NCBI GenBank assembly: GCA_042408215.1
Contig: JAYFMW010000013.1
Span: forward strand, 24,082-88,081
Length of the DNA stretch: 64,000 nucleotides
Direction of reading: 5' to 3'
Source of the DNA: Microcoleus sp.
Lineage (GTDB): Bacteria > Cyanobacteriota > Cyanobacteriia > Cyanobacteriales > Microcoleaceae
A program made the translations under genes and the position numbers. The notes below the pieces were generated by a model, which was not told where the DNA came from, searched no databases, and saw nothing but the letters and a program-made list of their open reading frames with translations. Shown here one piece after another: positions 10,484 through 20,282 of this stretch; positions within the stretch are counted from its first letter, which is position 1, and each line of letters begins with the position of its first letter.

Positions 10484-10730
10484 ATGTCAAATCCTGAATT
10501 ATTAGCCCAACTTCGGCAGTTATCCTGTGCTGAGAAGTTTCAAATGATGCAGTTTTTAATGGCTGAATTGGCGAAATAAGAAATGTTAAAACCATTGGAT
10601 AATGGCGCGGCTTATCGTGTTTGGTCGCCTTATGATTATGGTGATGCTGCTCAGAAATTAATGAGTTTATTAGAACAAGAAGAAACAAAAGAAAATGCCA
10701 AATGCTCAAGGGTTTCCTTTGGTCGAATGA
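10484..10730 (+). pseudogene. Small hypothetical (antitoxin-like) gene with nonsense codon; paralog of 47584-47802
   Basis: MSNPELLAQLRQLSCAEKFQMMQFLMAELAK*EMLKPL...WSPYDYGDAAQKLMSLL. TAA at 10577 where the paralog has GAA. Overlapping truncated partner start MPNAQGFPLVE* at 10695. Confidence 0.7.
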
Positions 10731-10877
10731 AGGAATCATATCGTTTCCGGTTGAATCGGAATGATTTAACCACAGAGGACGCAGAGAACACAGAGAGATA
10801 TCTGAGAGGAATGAGTAATTCCCATGAATAGAGGAATTTATATCAATCAGGAGAAACTAATGTTTTTCCTTCCTTCC

Positions 10878-11444
10878 CTACGGAGAGTTTTCCCACTCGG
10901 CGGTAAGCTTGCGGAAATTGTATTGAGATGCACCGGGATGACAAGTCACGCAACTGCTGATATTTGCGGGTTGTGACATTTTGACTTTGGGATGTAGAGC
11001 TTTGAAATAGCGAGAACTCGCGACTCTATAAGCCAGTTCTTCTTCTTTCGTTTGGGGACGAGAGAAAGTTTGCAGGTAGTTCCAGACTAGCAGGCGCGGT
11101 GGATCTACGAGGAGTTTTATGGTTTGTCCGTAGTGTTGGGAATCTTGTAGCAACCTGCGCCATGTTTCTGTTGGTAAGACTTGTGGCGGCAAACCAATGT
11201 GGCAGGTGGCGCAGTTTTCTAGGTATAGTTGCTGTCCGAGTTGGTAGCGATCGGGAATTCGATCGACAGTTCCAGTATCTTCGATCGCAGACACCTGAGC
11301 GAGTCGCGCCGGGGTGCGAGAATAAGCCGTCTGAGCTGCAACCCATCCGCCGCTACAGCAGACAACTACCAACAGCAGCAAAGTTGAGTAAAATCCCCGC
11401 CAGCCTCCTGGGCGACGATGGCGGGGTTTTGCTTGTTTCATCAT
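10878..11444 (-). CDS. Diheme cytochrome c family protein
   Basis: Signal peptide and two CxxCH motifs (CATCH, CVTCH). Confidence 0.9.
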   Translation of the reverse strand: MMKQAKPRHRRPGGWRGFYSTLLLLVVVCCSGGWVAAQTAYSRTPARLAQVSAIEDTGTVDRIPDRYQLGQQLYLENCATCHIGLPPQVLPTETWRRLLQDSQHYGQTIKLLVDPPRLLVWNYLQTFSRPQTKEEELAYRVASSRYFKALHPKVKMSQPANISSCVTCHPGASQYNFRKLTAEWENSP

Positions 11445-11461
11445 GCTAAATTGATTTTTTC

Positions 11462-12370
11462 CTAAATCACTGGTATGCTCATGCCTTCGCGGGCTAAGCA
11501 GCTATTGGCGAAAACTGACTGCACGTCTGCTTCTACTCGATCGAGAAAATCGTCGTTATGGCTCGGATCGTGGTGAAACATCACAACTTTTTTGACTCTA
11601 GCAGCTTTTGCTATTTCTACTCCTGCTTCCCAAGTTGAGTGTCCCCAGCCGACTTTCGGGGATTTGAAGTCATAATATTCTTCGTTGGTGTAATTGGCGT
11701 CGTAAATCAGCACGTCGGCGTCGCGAGCTAGGTGGACGACGTTTTCGTCCAAGCGATCGGGAAAGTGTTCTGTATCGGTGCAGTAGACGGCTGTGTGTCC
11801 TTGCCAGGTAACACGATATCCGATCGCCGTATTTGGATGATTGAGCAAAGCGGTTTCAATCTTCACATCGTCGAGTTCGACAATATCCCCCGGAGTCAAG
11901 TCGTTAAATTTGAGGTCAGACTGCATCACTTGGATGGGGACGGGAAAATTGGGATGAAGCATTTGGTCGGCCAGACGCTTTTTAATTGTAGTGCCGTTGG
12001 GGGCGATCGCTCCGTAAATGTGAAAGCAGTTCCCCGGGATAAAGGCTGGAGTAAAGAACGGAAACCCTTGAATGTGATCCCAGTGGGTGTGGCTGAAAAA
12101 CATATGGGCTTCGACTGGCATTGCTCGCAGCAAGTTTAGGCCCAGAACTCGCAGGCCCGTACCACCGTCAAAGATCAGGCGTTGTTTGCCCAATCGCATT
12201 TCTACACAGGAGGTGTTCCCTCCGTAGCGAATTGTTTTGGTGCCGGGGGTGGCGATGCTACCCCGCACGCCCCAAAACTGAACGACAAACTCGGTCAAAG
12301 GGCTATTTTCCATAGTGGCTTTGCGATCGGAAGGCTGTGCACTGGCGGGGGAGTGTTGGGAATCTGGCAT
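11462..12370 (-). CDS. MBL-fold metallo-hydrolase (RNase Z / phosphodiesterase-like)
   Basis: FWGVRGS, YGGNTSC, HTHWDHIQG, YCTDTEH, WGHSTW and FHHDP motifs. Confidence 0.93.
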   Translation of the reverse strand: MPDSQHSPASAQPSDRKATMENSPLTEFVVQFWGVRGSIATPGTKTIRYGGNTSCVEMRLGKQRLIFDGGTGLRVLGLNLLRAMPVEAHMFFSHTHWDHIQGFPFFTPAFIPGNCFHIYGAIAPNGTTIKKRLADQMLHPNFPVPIQVMQSDLKFNDLTPGDIVELDDVKIETALLNHPNTAIGYRVTWQGHTAVYCTDTEHFPDRLDENVVHLARDADVLIYDANYTNEEYYDFKSPKVGWGHSTWEAGVEIAKAARVKKVVMFHHDPSHNDDFLDRVEADVQSVFANSCLAREGMSIPVI

Positions 12371-12842
12371 CTTTTTTAGCTTTACGCGCCGGAAGTTTGG
12401 AATTGAGATTTTAGTTTTTAGTTCTTAGTTTTTTGATTTCGGACTTGAGAGAGCATTCTCTCCACCCTGTTTGCGGTTGCATATTTTTTGTGTTCTGAGC
12501 AATCCATTTAGATTAAGATAGCCTTGATTTGAGGCGATCGCAGTAAATTTTCCGGTTAAATTTCCTTAAAGGTAGAAGTCAGTCCTCTGAAGGCAGAATT
12601 TAGCCTCTACTCGCTCAACTAATATTTTTTTTAACCTGACCGCAAGAGTGCCTTCTGGGCTCTACCAGCCTGTGACTGAGCATTTTGGAGTGATTTAACG
12701 TTTCGGCTGCGATCGACTCCTCCACAGGATTCCTAGACGTGCAGTGGTCGCGTTAAGTTCGGCCGAGTGCTTTTTTTGTCTGGTTGCAGTCGAGGAGTGC
12801 TGGCTAGGGCGTGTTTTCTTGCCTTTGCAATCAGATTTAGAT

Positions 12843-12933
12843 ACCCCTAAATCCCCCTTAAAAAGGGGGAGGTTGAAGCCTGTCCCACACCCCCTACTCC
12901 CCTACTCCCCTGATTAAGGGGGGTTAGGGGGGT
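12843..12933. repeat. CCCCCTTAA..GGGG hairpin repeat element
   Basis: CCCCTAAATCCCCCTTAAAAAGGGGG...TTAAGGGGGGTTAGGGGGG, same family as the core of the 6.3-7.5 kb MITE. Confidence 0.8.
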
Positions 12934-12964
12934 TCTCCGGGGCAAGACAACAGGCCCTAGGGGC

Positions 12965-13477
12965 TTATTTGTGATGGGCTGCGATGCACTTTTCCACTAA
13001 CGGCATTACTAGATCGACATCTTGCCAACCCAGAATTTCTGTCACTTTTTTCTCCAAATTTTTGTAGGTTCTAAAAAATTCGGCTATTTCATCCAAGCGG
13101 TGGGGTGCTACGTCTTTGAGGGATTTATAGTGAGCGTAGCGGGGGTCTTTGTCGGGCACGCACAACAGCTTCTCGTCGCGATCGCCTCCATCGATCATTT
13201 CTAGCATTCCGATCGGACGAGCCGCGATCACGCACCCTGGAAATGTGGGCTCGTCCATCATCACCATGCCATCAAGGGGGTCGCCGTCATCGGCTAAGGT
13301 ATTGGGTATGAAGCCATAGTCGCAAGGGTATTGCACTGAGGCATAGAGCACTCGATCGAGAGCAAAGGCTTGTAAGTCTTTATCAAATTCGTACTTGTTT
13401 TTGCTACCGGCGGTAATTTCGATGAGGACGTTGAGCAGTCCTGGTTTCGGCTGTGCCGGAATTAGCGATAAGTCCAC
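12965..13477 (-). CDS. ppa: Inorganic pyrophosphatase (family I)
   Basis: [29 protein letters not shown] and FFRTYKNLE motifs. Confidence 0.98.
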   Translation of the reverse strand: MDLSLIPAQPKPGLLNVLIEITAGSKNKYEFDKDLQAFALDRVLYASVQYPCDYGFIPNTLADDGDPLDGMVMMDEPTFPGCVIAARPIGMLEMIDGGDRDEKLLCVPDKDPRYAHYKSLKDVAPHRLDEIAEFFRTYKNLEKKVTEILGWQDVDLVMPLVEKCIAAHHK

Positions 13478-13648
13478 AAGAATATCTCCAAGTTAACAGA
13501 TGATTGGGATGAGTGCTACTTGCCAAATCCCTTTGATAGCATTTTACGGGCGATCGGGATCGATGCTGCACAAGATTGAGAGAAAGCGGGGAAGAGGGAC
13601 TCGTCCACCTCAGACTTGGCGAGGGGGCGGACGCTATACCTGAAAAGG

Positions 13649-15103
13649 TTAGTACAAGAATGAATCGCCAACAAATAAATTGAGCGACAAAGTTGTTTTA
13701 ATTTTCAATCCCAACCACTGGCTAAGTTCTGTTGCTAACCACTCGATTTCTGATTCACTTAGTCCCTGCTTCACTGCTATTCTATATTTTTGGTTGCCGG
13801 CTTGAATAATCATCTGATCAACTTTCCCGTAAATTTTCCAGTCAATTTTCACGTCAATTTTCCTAATTTTCAGTTGATGGTCGGCCAGCGCAGGTTTAAT
13901 TCGTGTAATTTCCAACTGGCAAATGTCCTGTCTGGGAGCTGGCCGGGAATGATTCCATCTCAACCCTAGCAGATGACAGCTATAGGAGATTTGCTGCCGA
14001 TCGATTCTGAGACGCAATTCCCGAAATAGTGCAAAGAGAAACATTACTCCTACCGCACCTAAGAAACTTCCTGATATTATTGTCAAAAATTGGTCATTTA
14101 TCCCTAACTTATAGGGGAAAAACGAATCCCTCCCTAATGAGACAATACTCGCAGGTACCGCAGCCGAAAGCAGGGCAATTAAACCAAAACCGATTCCCGG
14201 CGGCGGAATTACAATTTCTATAAACTCCGAATTTTTTATGAGTTTAATATCGCTGCCTTGCCGCTGCACCACCCTAGGACTTTTGTTGATATGGCGGGGA
14301 TTTTTGAGCGCTCGCCATGCTTCCCCAGCCGAAGATAACCGTTTTTCCAAACTCGGTTCTGTCATCCACTCCAGCCAATCAATTAAATTAGGATTTAGCT
14401 GCGTTACCCGATCGGCAAATTGAATTCTCAAATCCTGCTGCGACAGTTCCGTAGGATGCAAACCCGTTACCAAATAAATTAAAGTTGCACCTAAACCGTA
14501 GAGGTCAGAAGCCGGAAATGATCGCCCGCCAAATTGTTCCGGTGCCATATATCCGTAAGTTCCCACTACTGTAATTGTGCCGCCAAATTTTGCAGCTTGG
14601 TTCTGCACCGAACCAAAATCAACTAAATAAACTTGTCCGACAGTGTTACCGGATCTGCTGTGCAGTAAAATATTGCTGGGTTTAATATCGCGGTGAATAA
14701 CTGGCGGATTTTTTTCGTGCAAATAAATCAAAATTTCTAACAGCGATTTAGCTAATTCTTTCACCTCAATTTCGCTAAAAGTACGCCCTGCTGTCAAATG
14801 TGATTCCAAAGTTTTCCCATCTACATAAGTCTGTACCAGGGCAAATCCTTTATTGTCTGGTTCGTCAATTTCCAGATAGTCGATGTAGCGAGGAATTGCT
14901 GGATGATCGAGTGCTTTTAAAGTTTCCGCTTCCCGTTCAAATAGCTTAAGGTCTTGCCATTCAAAATCGCTGCCGAGAAATAGCTGTTTGATCGCAACTA
15001 ATTCTTGAGTTTGTAAGTCACGAGCCAGCAGTGTTTGGCGGCCAGTTTGTTTTCCCAATTGCCGCTGCACTTCGTAGCGTTCTGCTAATACTTTCGCAGT
15101 CAT
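13649..15103 (-). CDS. Ser/Thr protein kinase with C-terminal membrane domain
   Basis: VAIK, HRDIKPSN, DFG and GTYGYMAPE motifs; two hydrophobic segments. Confidence 0.95.
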   Translation of the reverse strand: MTAKVLAERYEVQRQLGKQTGRQTLLARDLQTQELVAIKQLFLGSDFEWQDLKLFEREAETLKALDHPAIPRYIDYLEIDEPDNKGFALVQTYVDGKTLESHLTAGRTFSEIEVKELAKSLLEILIYLHEKNPPVIHRDIKPSNILLHSRSGNTVGQVYLVDFGSVQNQAAKFGGTITVVGTYGYMAPEQFGGRSFPASDLYGLGATLIYLVTGLHPTELSQQDLRIQFADRVTQLNPNLIDWLEWMTEPSLEKRLSSAGEAWRALKNPRHINKSPRVVQRQGSDIKLIKNSEFIEIVIPPPGIGFGLIALLSAAVPASIVSLGRDSFFPYKLGINDQFLTIISGSFLGAVGVMFLFALFRELRLRIDRQQISYSCHLLGLRWNHSRPAPRQDICQLEITRIKPALADHQLKIRKIDVKIDWKIYGKVDQMIIQAGNQKYRIAVKQGLSESEIEWLATELSQWLGLKIKTTLSLNLFVGDSFLY

Positions 15104-15117
15104 GTTTTTTTACATTT

Positions 15118-15328
15118 TGTCATTCTGAGCGGAGCGAAGAATCTCACAGATGCTTCACTACACTGCGTTTCGTTCAGTATAACAGACACTCTTCGGAGGC
15201 CAGGACTGTCTGGGATTCCTCGCTACGCGACTAATGACAGAATTATTGCGTTTTGTTCAGTATGACAGACATTCTTCGGAGGTCAGGACTATCTGGGATT
15301 CTTCGCTACGCGACTAATGACAGAATTA
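15118..15328. repeat. REP-like palindrome followed by an 83-bp tandem duplication
   Basis: TGTCATTCTGAGCGGAGCGAAGAATCT..AGATGCTTC; near-identical units start at 15164 and 15247. Confidence 0.75.
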
Positions 15329-15444
15329 CCTCTAGGACTTTCTCCGTCAATTTTAGCTAAATAGCCGGGAATCCCCACACTATACCGCTGAGGTTAGTGT
15401 GGGATGAAAGGCGTGGAAGAGCCAAAAGAAAAAGCGAAAAGTCT

Positions 15445-15858
15445 TTATTCAACAGGTCTATCTTGCTCTTCGATATATTTTTTTAATTGTTCAACAGTTA
15501 CGCCACCGCAGGACGCGATGAAATAACCATTTGTCCAAAAAACATCTTTCCAGTAAATCTTGTTCACCTCAGATGCAAATTCTTTTCGTAAATATCGACT
15601 GGATACAGTTTTAAGATTGTTTATGAGTTTACTTGGCTCAGTTTGTGGTGTGTACTGGAGAAGCAAATGAACATGATCTCGTTCGCCATTGAACTCTATC
15701 AATTTCCCCTCCCATTTTTCCATTAAGGAATGAAAAATCTCCTCAAGTCTTACCAACATAGGATCTGTCATAACTTTCCGTCTATATTTAGTGGTCAACA
15801 CTAAGTGACACTTAAGATCGGACACCCCTCTAGCTTTATGGATAAAAGTTGAGTTCAT
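15445..15858 (-). CDS. tnpA: IS200-type Y1 transposase
   Basis: HLVLTTKYRR, HUH motif DHVHLL, FWTNGYF and KKYIEEQ. Confidence 0.96.
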   Translation of the reverse strand: MNSTFIHKARGVSDLKCHLVLTTKYRRKVMTDPMLVRLEEIFHSLMEKWEGKLIEFNGERDHVHLLLQYTPQTEPSKLINNLKTVSSRYLRKEFASEVNKIYWKDVFWTNGYFIASCGGVTVEQLKKYIEEQDRPVE

Positions 15859-15925
15859 ATACTTGACACCGAATAACGTCTTCGGCTAAAATAACACTAA
15901 TCGGTGTTTTCGGGCTGTGATACTA

Positions 15926-17308
15926 ATGAAAACGACATACCAGTACCAATTCAATCCCAACACTAACCAAAAGCAAACCCTAAACCAATGGCTCAGAATT
16001 TGTCGTTATTGGTATAATCGTCAATTGGGCGATCGCTTTGATTGGTGGGAAATGAATCGTACTGCGCTCAATGCGTGTCCATTAATAACCAGTATTTCTG
16101 CTCCCAGAGAAAAGCCTAACTACTACTCACAAAAACAACAGTTACCAATTCTCAAACAAGATTTGGTAAAGATTTTTTATAGTGGCGAGTTGTTAGACTT
16201 TAAGCAGGTAGATTCAACCCTACTTCAAGATGTTTGTAAGCGTGTAGATAAAGCTTTTGAACGATTTATCGTAGGTGATAGTCAGGGTAAAAAATCGGGC
16301 AGGCCCAGATTTAAAACAGAGGCAGACTACCGAACGATGACTTTTGCTACTGCGAGTAATAATTGGATTAAACTGATTCGCCAGAATTGGATGTATATTC
16401 GATTACCGAAACTGGGAGTTGTGAAAGTTCGGATGCACCGTCCCATCCCAAATGGATTTACCATCAAACAAGCTAGTGTTACGAAAAAAGCTGATGGTTG
16501 GTTTATTCAATTAATCCTTGAAGACATCTCTGTACCTCAATTCACACCTGATAAAGTTATTCCCACTTGGGATAACTCAATGGGTTTGGATGCGGTGTTA
16601 CATGAAGATGTGTATCTGGCTACTTCCGAAGGCGAGAAATTACCTTCTTTGAAGCCACTTCGCAAGAATCAAGCGAAACTAGACCGTATTTCTCAGAAAC
16701 GAAATCAGCGGAAACGAGGTTCTAAATCAAGACGTAAATTGGCAAAAAAAGAAGCAAAGCAACATCAAAAGATTGCTCGGTCTCGTAAAGACTTCCATTA
16801 TAAAACTGCTCATAAGTTAATAAGAACGGGAGCCAGGTTTTTCTTTTGTGAAGAACTCAATCTTAAAGGCTTAACCAAGAGAAATAAAGTTAAGCAAGAT
16901 GATAATGGGAATTATCTTCCCAATGGTCAATCAGCCAAATCAGGGTTGAATAAATCTTGGTTGGATGCTGCGTTTGGTCAATTTTTCAAGACACTGGAAT
17001 ACATAGCCGCAAAAGCTGGATCAGTCGTCGTTTCACAAAAACCTGCTTATACCTCAATGGTTCTCTGTTATCGGAATGAAATTATTTTCACTGATTGTAA
17101 TATTCGAGATTATTGGGATGAGCAAATTTCTTTGATGGTAGATCGTGATCTTAATGCTGCGATCAACCTAAAAAGACTGGGGTTGGACATTTTCCCCAGT
17201 ATAAAACGCCGTAGTGGGAATCTTTCTCTAGTAGGAACTATGGATAAAAGTACCACAAAGGAAATTTTGTATACCCTTAATCGGGCTACAAAGAAGCCCA
17301 CATCATAG
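15926..17308 (+). CDS. tnpB: RNA-guided endonuclease TnpB
   Basis: N-terminal HTH; RuvC acidic residues in GLD, CEELNL and DRDLNAA; no CxxC zinc-finger cysteine pairs. Confidence 0.95.
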   Translation: MKTTYQYQFNPNTNQKQTLNQWLRICRYWYNRQLGDRFDWWEMNRTALNACPLITSISAPREKPNYYSQKQQLPILKQDLVKIFYSGELLDFKQVDSTLLQDVCKRVDKAFERFIVGDSQGKKSGRPRFKTEADYRTMTFATASNNWIKLIRQNWMYIRLPKLGVVKVRMHRPIPNGFTIKQASVTKKADGWFIQLILEDISVPQFTPDKVIPTWDNSMGLDAVLHEDVYLATSEGEKLPSLKPLRKNQAKLDRISQKRNQRKRGSKSRRKLAKKEAKQHQKIARSRKDFHYKTAHKLIRTGARFFFCEELNLKGLTKRNKVKQDDNGNYLPNGQSAKSGLNKSWLDAAFGQFFKTLEYIAAKAGSVVVSQKPAYTSMVLCYRNEIIFTDCNIRDYWDEQISLMVDRDLNAAINLKRLGLDIFPSIKRRSGNLSLVGTMDKSTTKEILYTLNRATKKPTS

Positions 17309-17340
17309 CACCACGAGGCTTGATGTGGGAGTATGTCACA

Positions 17341-18657
17341 TTACAGTCCACTTGCTTTTTGATACAGCCGGGCCATATACCTGCTAGTTGCCCCCATTGA
17401 CAGTCCTATAATTAGCGACTGTGCAAGCACAAAGATCATATAATTAGTGGCATCATCATCACCTATCTCAATCAAAGGCATTCTCATCCCCAAGAAGACG
17501 ATGCTTGTCGAGGTATAGAGTACGATACTAATTGCAGTTAAAACCTGTCGATGAAGCTTGGGATTAGTTAGGGGAAAAAACCACAAGCGGGTCACAATTC
17601 CTACGATTATTCCGTTCCCCAACCCCAGCATCAAGCCGAGTGACCAGCCCACGTATCCCCCGACAATTGTCCCCAGACCTGGCTCAATAAAGGTGCCGTA
17701 AATTGCTGCACAAGCTCCTAAAGCTAGACCTCCTCTCAAACTGCTGTTGCGGCTCGCACTCCAGAACAAGCTCAAGGTACTCACGGTTTTTCCCTGTCTC
17801 AATGTCTGGGAATATTTATTGATTTCCTGCGGTTTTTCTAGAACTTCTTTTGCTATTTGGGCTGAGGCGGGACGGCTTTCTAAACTCGGATGCGTCATCC
17901 ACTTCAGCCAATTAGTAAAACCGGGGCTTAGTTGGGTGAATTGCTCGAATTCGATCTGCAAATCTTTCTGTGGTAAATCGGCAGGATGCTGCTTGGTAAT
18001 TAAGCCTATTAATGTTGCTCCCAAGCTGTATAAATCGGAAGCGGGAACTGCTCTCCCGCCAAATTGTTCTGGCGGCATATAGCCGTAGGTTCCGACAACT
18101 GTAACTGTTTTTCCCTGTTGGGTTGCTAGGGTTTGAACTGCACCGAAATCGACTAGGTAGACTTCGCCGACGCTGTTACCCGATCGATTTTTGAGTAAAA
18201 TATTGCTGGGTTTAATGTCGCGGTGAATCACCGGGGGCTGTCGCTGGTGTAGATAGGCGAGGATGTCTAATAATGCTGTGGCTAATTGTTTGACTTCGCT
18301 TTCGCTGAATGTGCGGCCGTCTGAGAGATATTCTTGTAGGGATTTGGCTTCGATGTAAGTCTGAACTAGGGCGAATCCTTTGCGGCTGGGAGTGTCGATT
18401 TCAAAGGAGTCTAGATATTGGGGAATTGCGGGATGAGATAGGGATTTTAAGGTTTCGACTTCTCGCTGGAAGAGTTTTAAGTCTTCCCAGTTGAAGTCGC
18501 TGCTAAATGAGAGCAGTTTGACGACTACTTGCTGTTGGGTTTTTAAGTCGCGGGCGAGTAAGGTTTGCCGTCCTGCTTGCTTGCCGAGTCGCCGATCGCA
18601 CTGATAGCGATCGGCTAATATTTCTTGTGACAAATCACCGATGTTTTGTCCGCTCAT
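17341..18657 (-). CDS. Ser/Thr protein kinase with multi-pass C-terminal membrane domain
   Basis: HRDIKPSN, DFG and GTYGYMPPE motifs; kinase domain closely similar to that of 13649-15103. Confidence 0.95.
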   Translation of the reverse strand: MSGQNIGDLSQEILADRYQCDRRLGKQAGRQTLLARDLKTQQQVVVKLLSFSSDFNWEDLKLFQREVETLKSLSHPAIPQYLDSFEIDTPSRKGFALVQTYIEAKSLQEYLSDGRTFSESEVKQLATALLDILAYLHQRQPPVIHRDIKPSNILLKNRSGNSVGEVYLVDFGAVQTLATQQGKTVTVVGTYGYMPPEQFGGRAVPASDLYSLGATLIGLITKQHPADLPQKDLQIEFEQFTQLSPGFTNWLKWMTHPSLESRPASAQIAKEVLEKPQEINKYSQTLRQGKTVSTLSLFWSASRNSSLRGGLALGACAAIYGTFIEPGLGTIVGGYVGWSLGLMLGLGNGIIVGIVTRLWFFPLTNPKLHRQVLTAISIVLYTSTSIVFLGMRMPLIEIGDDDATNYMIFVLAQSLIIGLSMGATSRYMARLYQKASGL

Positions 18658-18804
18658 GTTCACCTACCCTAGAAGCGATTAAACCTAGTGTAGTTGACAA
18701 AAATGCAATTCTCTGTGCTGGTTTAATCGATTTACCGCCCAAGTGGGGGCGGGTTTGCGAGACGATTGGTTCAGCGGCCGAGATTTTTGGTAAAACCCGC
18801 CCTT

Positions 18805-19194
18805 GTAGGGTGCGTCGCAGCCAGAAAAGCGATTTTAGTTGCAGATTGTCGATGGCGACGCACCCTACGGTATCGGGTATGGTGCGTCGCAGCCAGAAAA
18901 GCGATTTTAGTTGCAGATTGTCGATACGGTATCGGGTATGGTGCGTCGCTGTCAGAAAAGCGATTTTAGTTGCAGATTGTCGATACGGTATCGGGTATGG
19001 TGCGTCGCTGTTAGAAAAGCGATTTTAGTTGCAGATTGTCGATGGCGACGCACCCTACGGTATCGGGTATGGTGCGTCGCAGCCAGAAAAGCGATTTTAG
19101 TTGCAGATTGTCGATACGGTATCGGGTATGGTGCGTCGCAGCCAGAAAAGCGATTTTAGTTGCAGATTGTCGATGGCGACGCACCCTACGGTAT
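18805..19194. repeat. Six-unit tandem array (72/59/59/72/59/~65 bp) derived from a GTAG-REP
   Basis: Units start at 18809, 18881, 18940, 18999, 19071 and 19130: GGTGCGTCGC..AGAAAAGCGATTTTAGTTGCAGATTGTCGAT[GGCGACGCACCCT]ACGGTATCGGGTAT. Confidence 0.92.
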
Positions 19195-19283
19195 CTACAA
19201 TTCCCGATCGGATATTATTGTTTTTTGGCCCTTACCTACTTAGTGCGATCGCGCACCAGAATGCCTCTGATTGAAGCTTAAAT

Positions 19284-19832
19284 TTAACGTTGGATTTGCT
19301 TGTAAATAGACTGCACTACGTCGATCAAGCTCAAGACTTGCAGCCATTCGGGAGCATCGGGGCTGTAGCTTTTGGCACGCTCTGTTTTTAAACTGTGGTG
19401 CAAGAGGGAAAGCAGCGCTTCTGGAGACTGTAAGGGGTTGTCATCTTCATCTGCTGGGCTTTGGGCTGCATTTTCTTCGATTTCTTCTTTAATTTTTTGG
19501 GCGCGATCGGCGAGGGCTAAAGCTCGGCCTGCAAGGTTTTCCGGCATTTTGGGCTGTTCGGACAAATACGCGCCGGTCAGTTCTACCAATAGTTGGCAAA
19601 CTCGATCGACCCATTGGCGATCGTTTACTGAAAAGGAACCGGATTTGAACAGGAGTCCGTCAGGTTTTTGTTGAATGCTTTGTATCTTCTGGATCAGAGG
19701 GATAGCCTTGACAGTGATGTTTTCCGGGATTCTGGGGATATCTGACAGGGAGCTACGAGCAATCTCCAGCAATAGTTGGTAAACCTGATCTACCCACTCA
19801 ATATCTCCCAATTCCGAATTCCAATTATTCAT
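19284..19832 (-). CDS. Hypothetical helical protein with internal duplication
   Basis: Likely start MNNWNSELG; repeats WVDQVYQLLLEIA..P+IPEN and WVDRVCQLLVELT..P+MPEN. Confidence 0.7.
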   Translation of the reverse strand: MNNWNSELGDIEWVDQVYQLLLEIARSSLSDIPRIPENITVKAIPLIQKIQSIQQKPDGLLFKSGSFSVNDRQWVDRVCQLLVELTGAYLSEQPKMPENLAGRALALADRAQKIKEEIEENAAQSPADEDDNPLQSPEALLSLLHHSLKTERAKSYSPDAPEWLQVLSLIDVVQSIYKQIQR

Positions 19833-19920
19833 AACTGACGGTAGTAGTTTTCTATATCTAAGACTGGAACATTGACTATCTGCGAAGGAAGCTCTTTTGA
19901 GGAAGCTCCTAACGCTATTA

Positions 19921-20021
19921 ACACTTACGCGGGCGGGTTCAGACACCCGTTTTTTGAGCGGATGTTTCTTCGCCTTTCTCCAAGATTTTTCTCAGAAACC
20001 GGGTAACGCAGCCGTAAGTCC
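19921..20021. mobile_element. Degenerate ~100-bp MITE
   Basis: ACTTACG...CGTAAGT termini flanked by TA; internal AGACACCCGTTTTT / AGAAACCGGGT palindromes. Confidence 0.55.
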
Positions 20022-20282
20022 TAACTATTTTTAAGCGCAACAAAATAGTAGAAGTGCTAAGTTTGTTGCGGTAGGTAGGGCGAACGAAACAGGTAGGGTG
20101 AAACGCAGGCGTCTCACCAGGGAGTTCAAATCCGGTTATCTAACAATCATACCTGTTGGAGCTTATTTACAATTGCCTCGATCGGATCTTCAGGTTAATT
20201 GCGATCGAGGGAGACTCAGCTCCTTCGGGCGATCGCCATTAACCGTTCCCCCGCGTCTAGGATCGCTTGCCACAGGCGGTTG

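Larger units (their letters stand above)
15351..17339 (+). mobile_element. IS200/IS605-family element (divergent tnpA/tnpB), apparently intact
   Basis: Subterminal hairpins CCCACACTA..TAGTGTGGG (left) and CCCACATCA..TGATGTGGG (right). Left flank ends in TCAA, right end in TCAC, no TSD. Confidence 0.88.

Noticed and set aside
18627..19281. CRISPR array or repeat-protein ORFs
   Set aside because: No variable spacers; ORFs appear in several frames of the same tandem repeat
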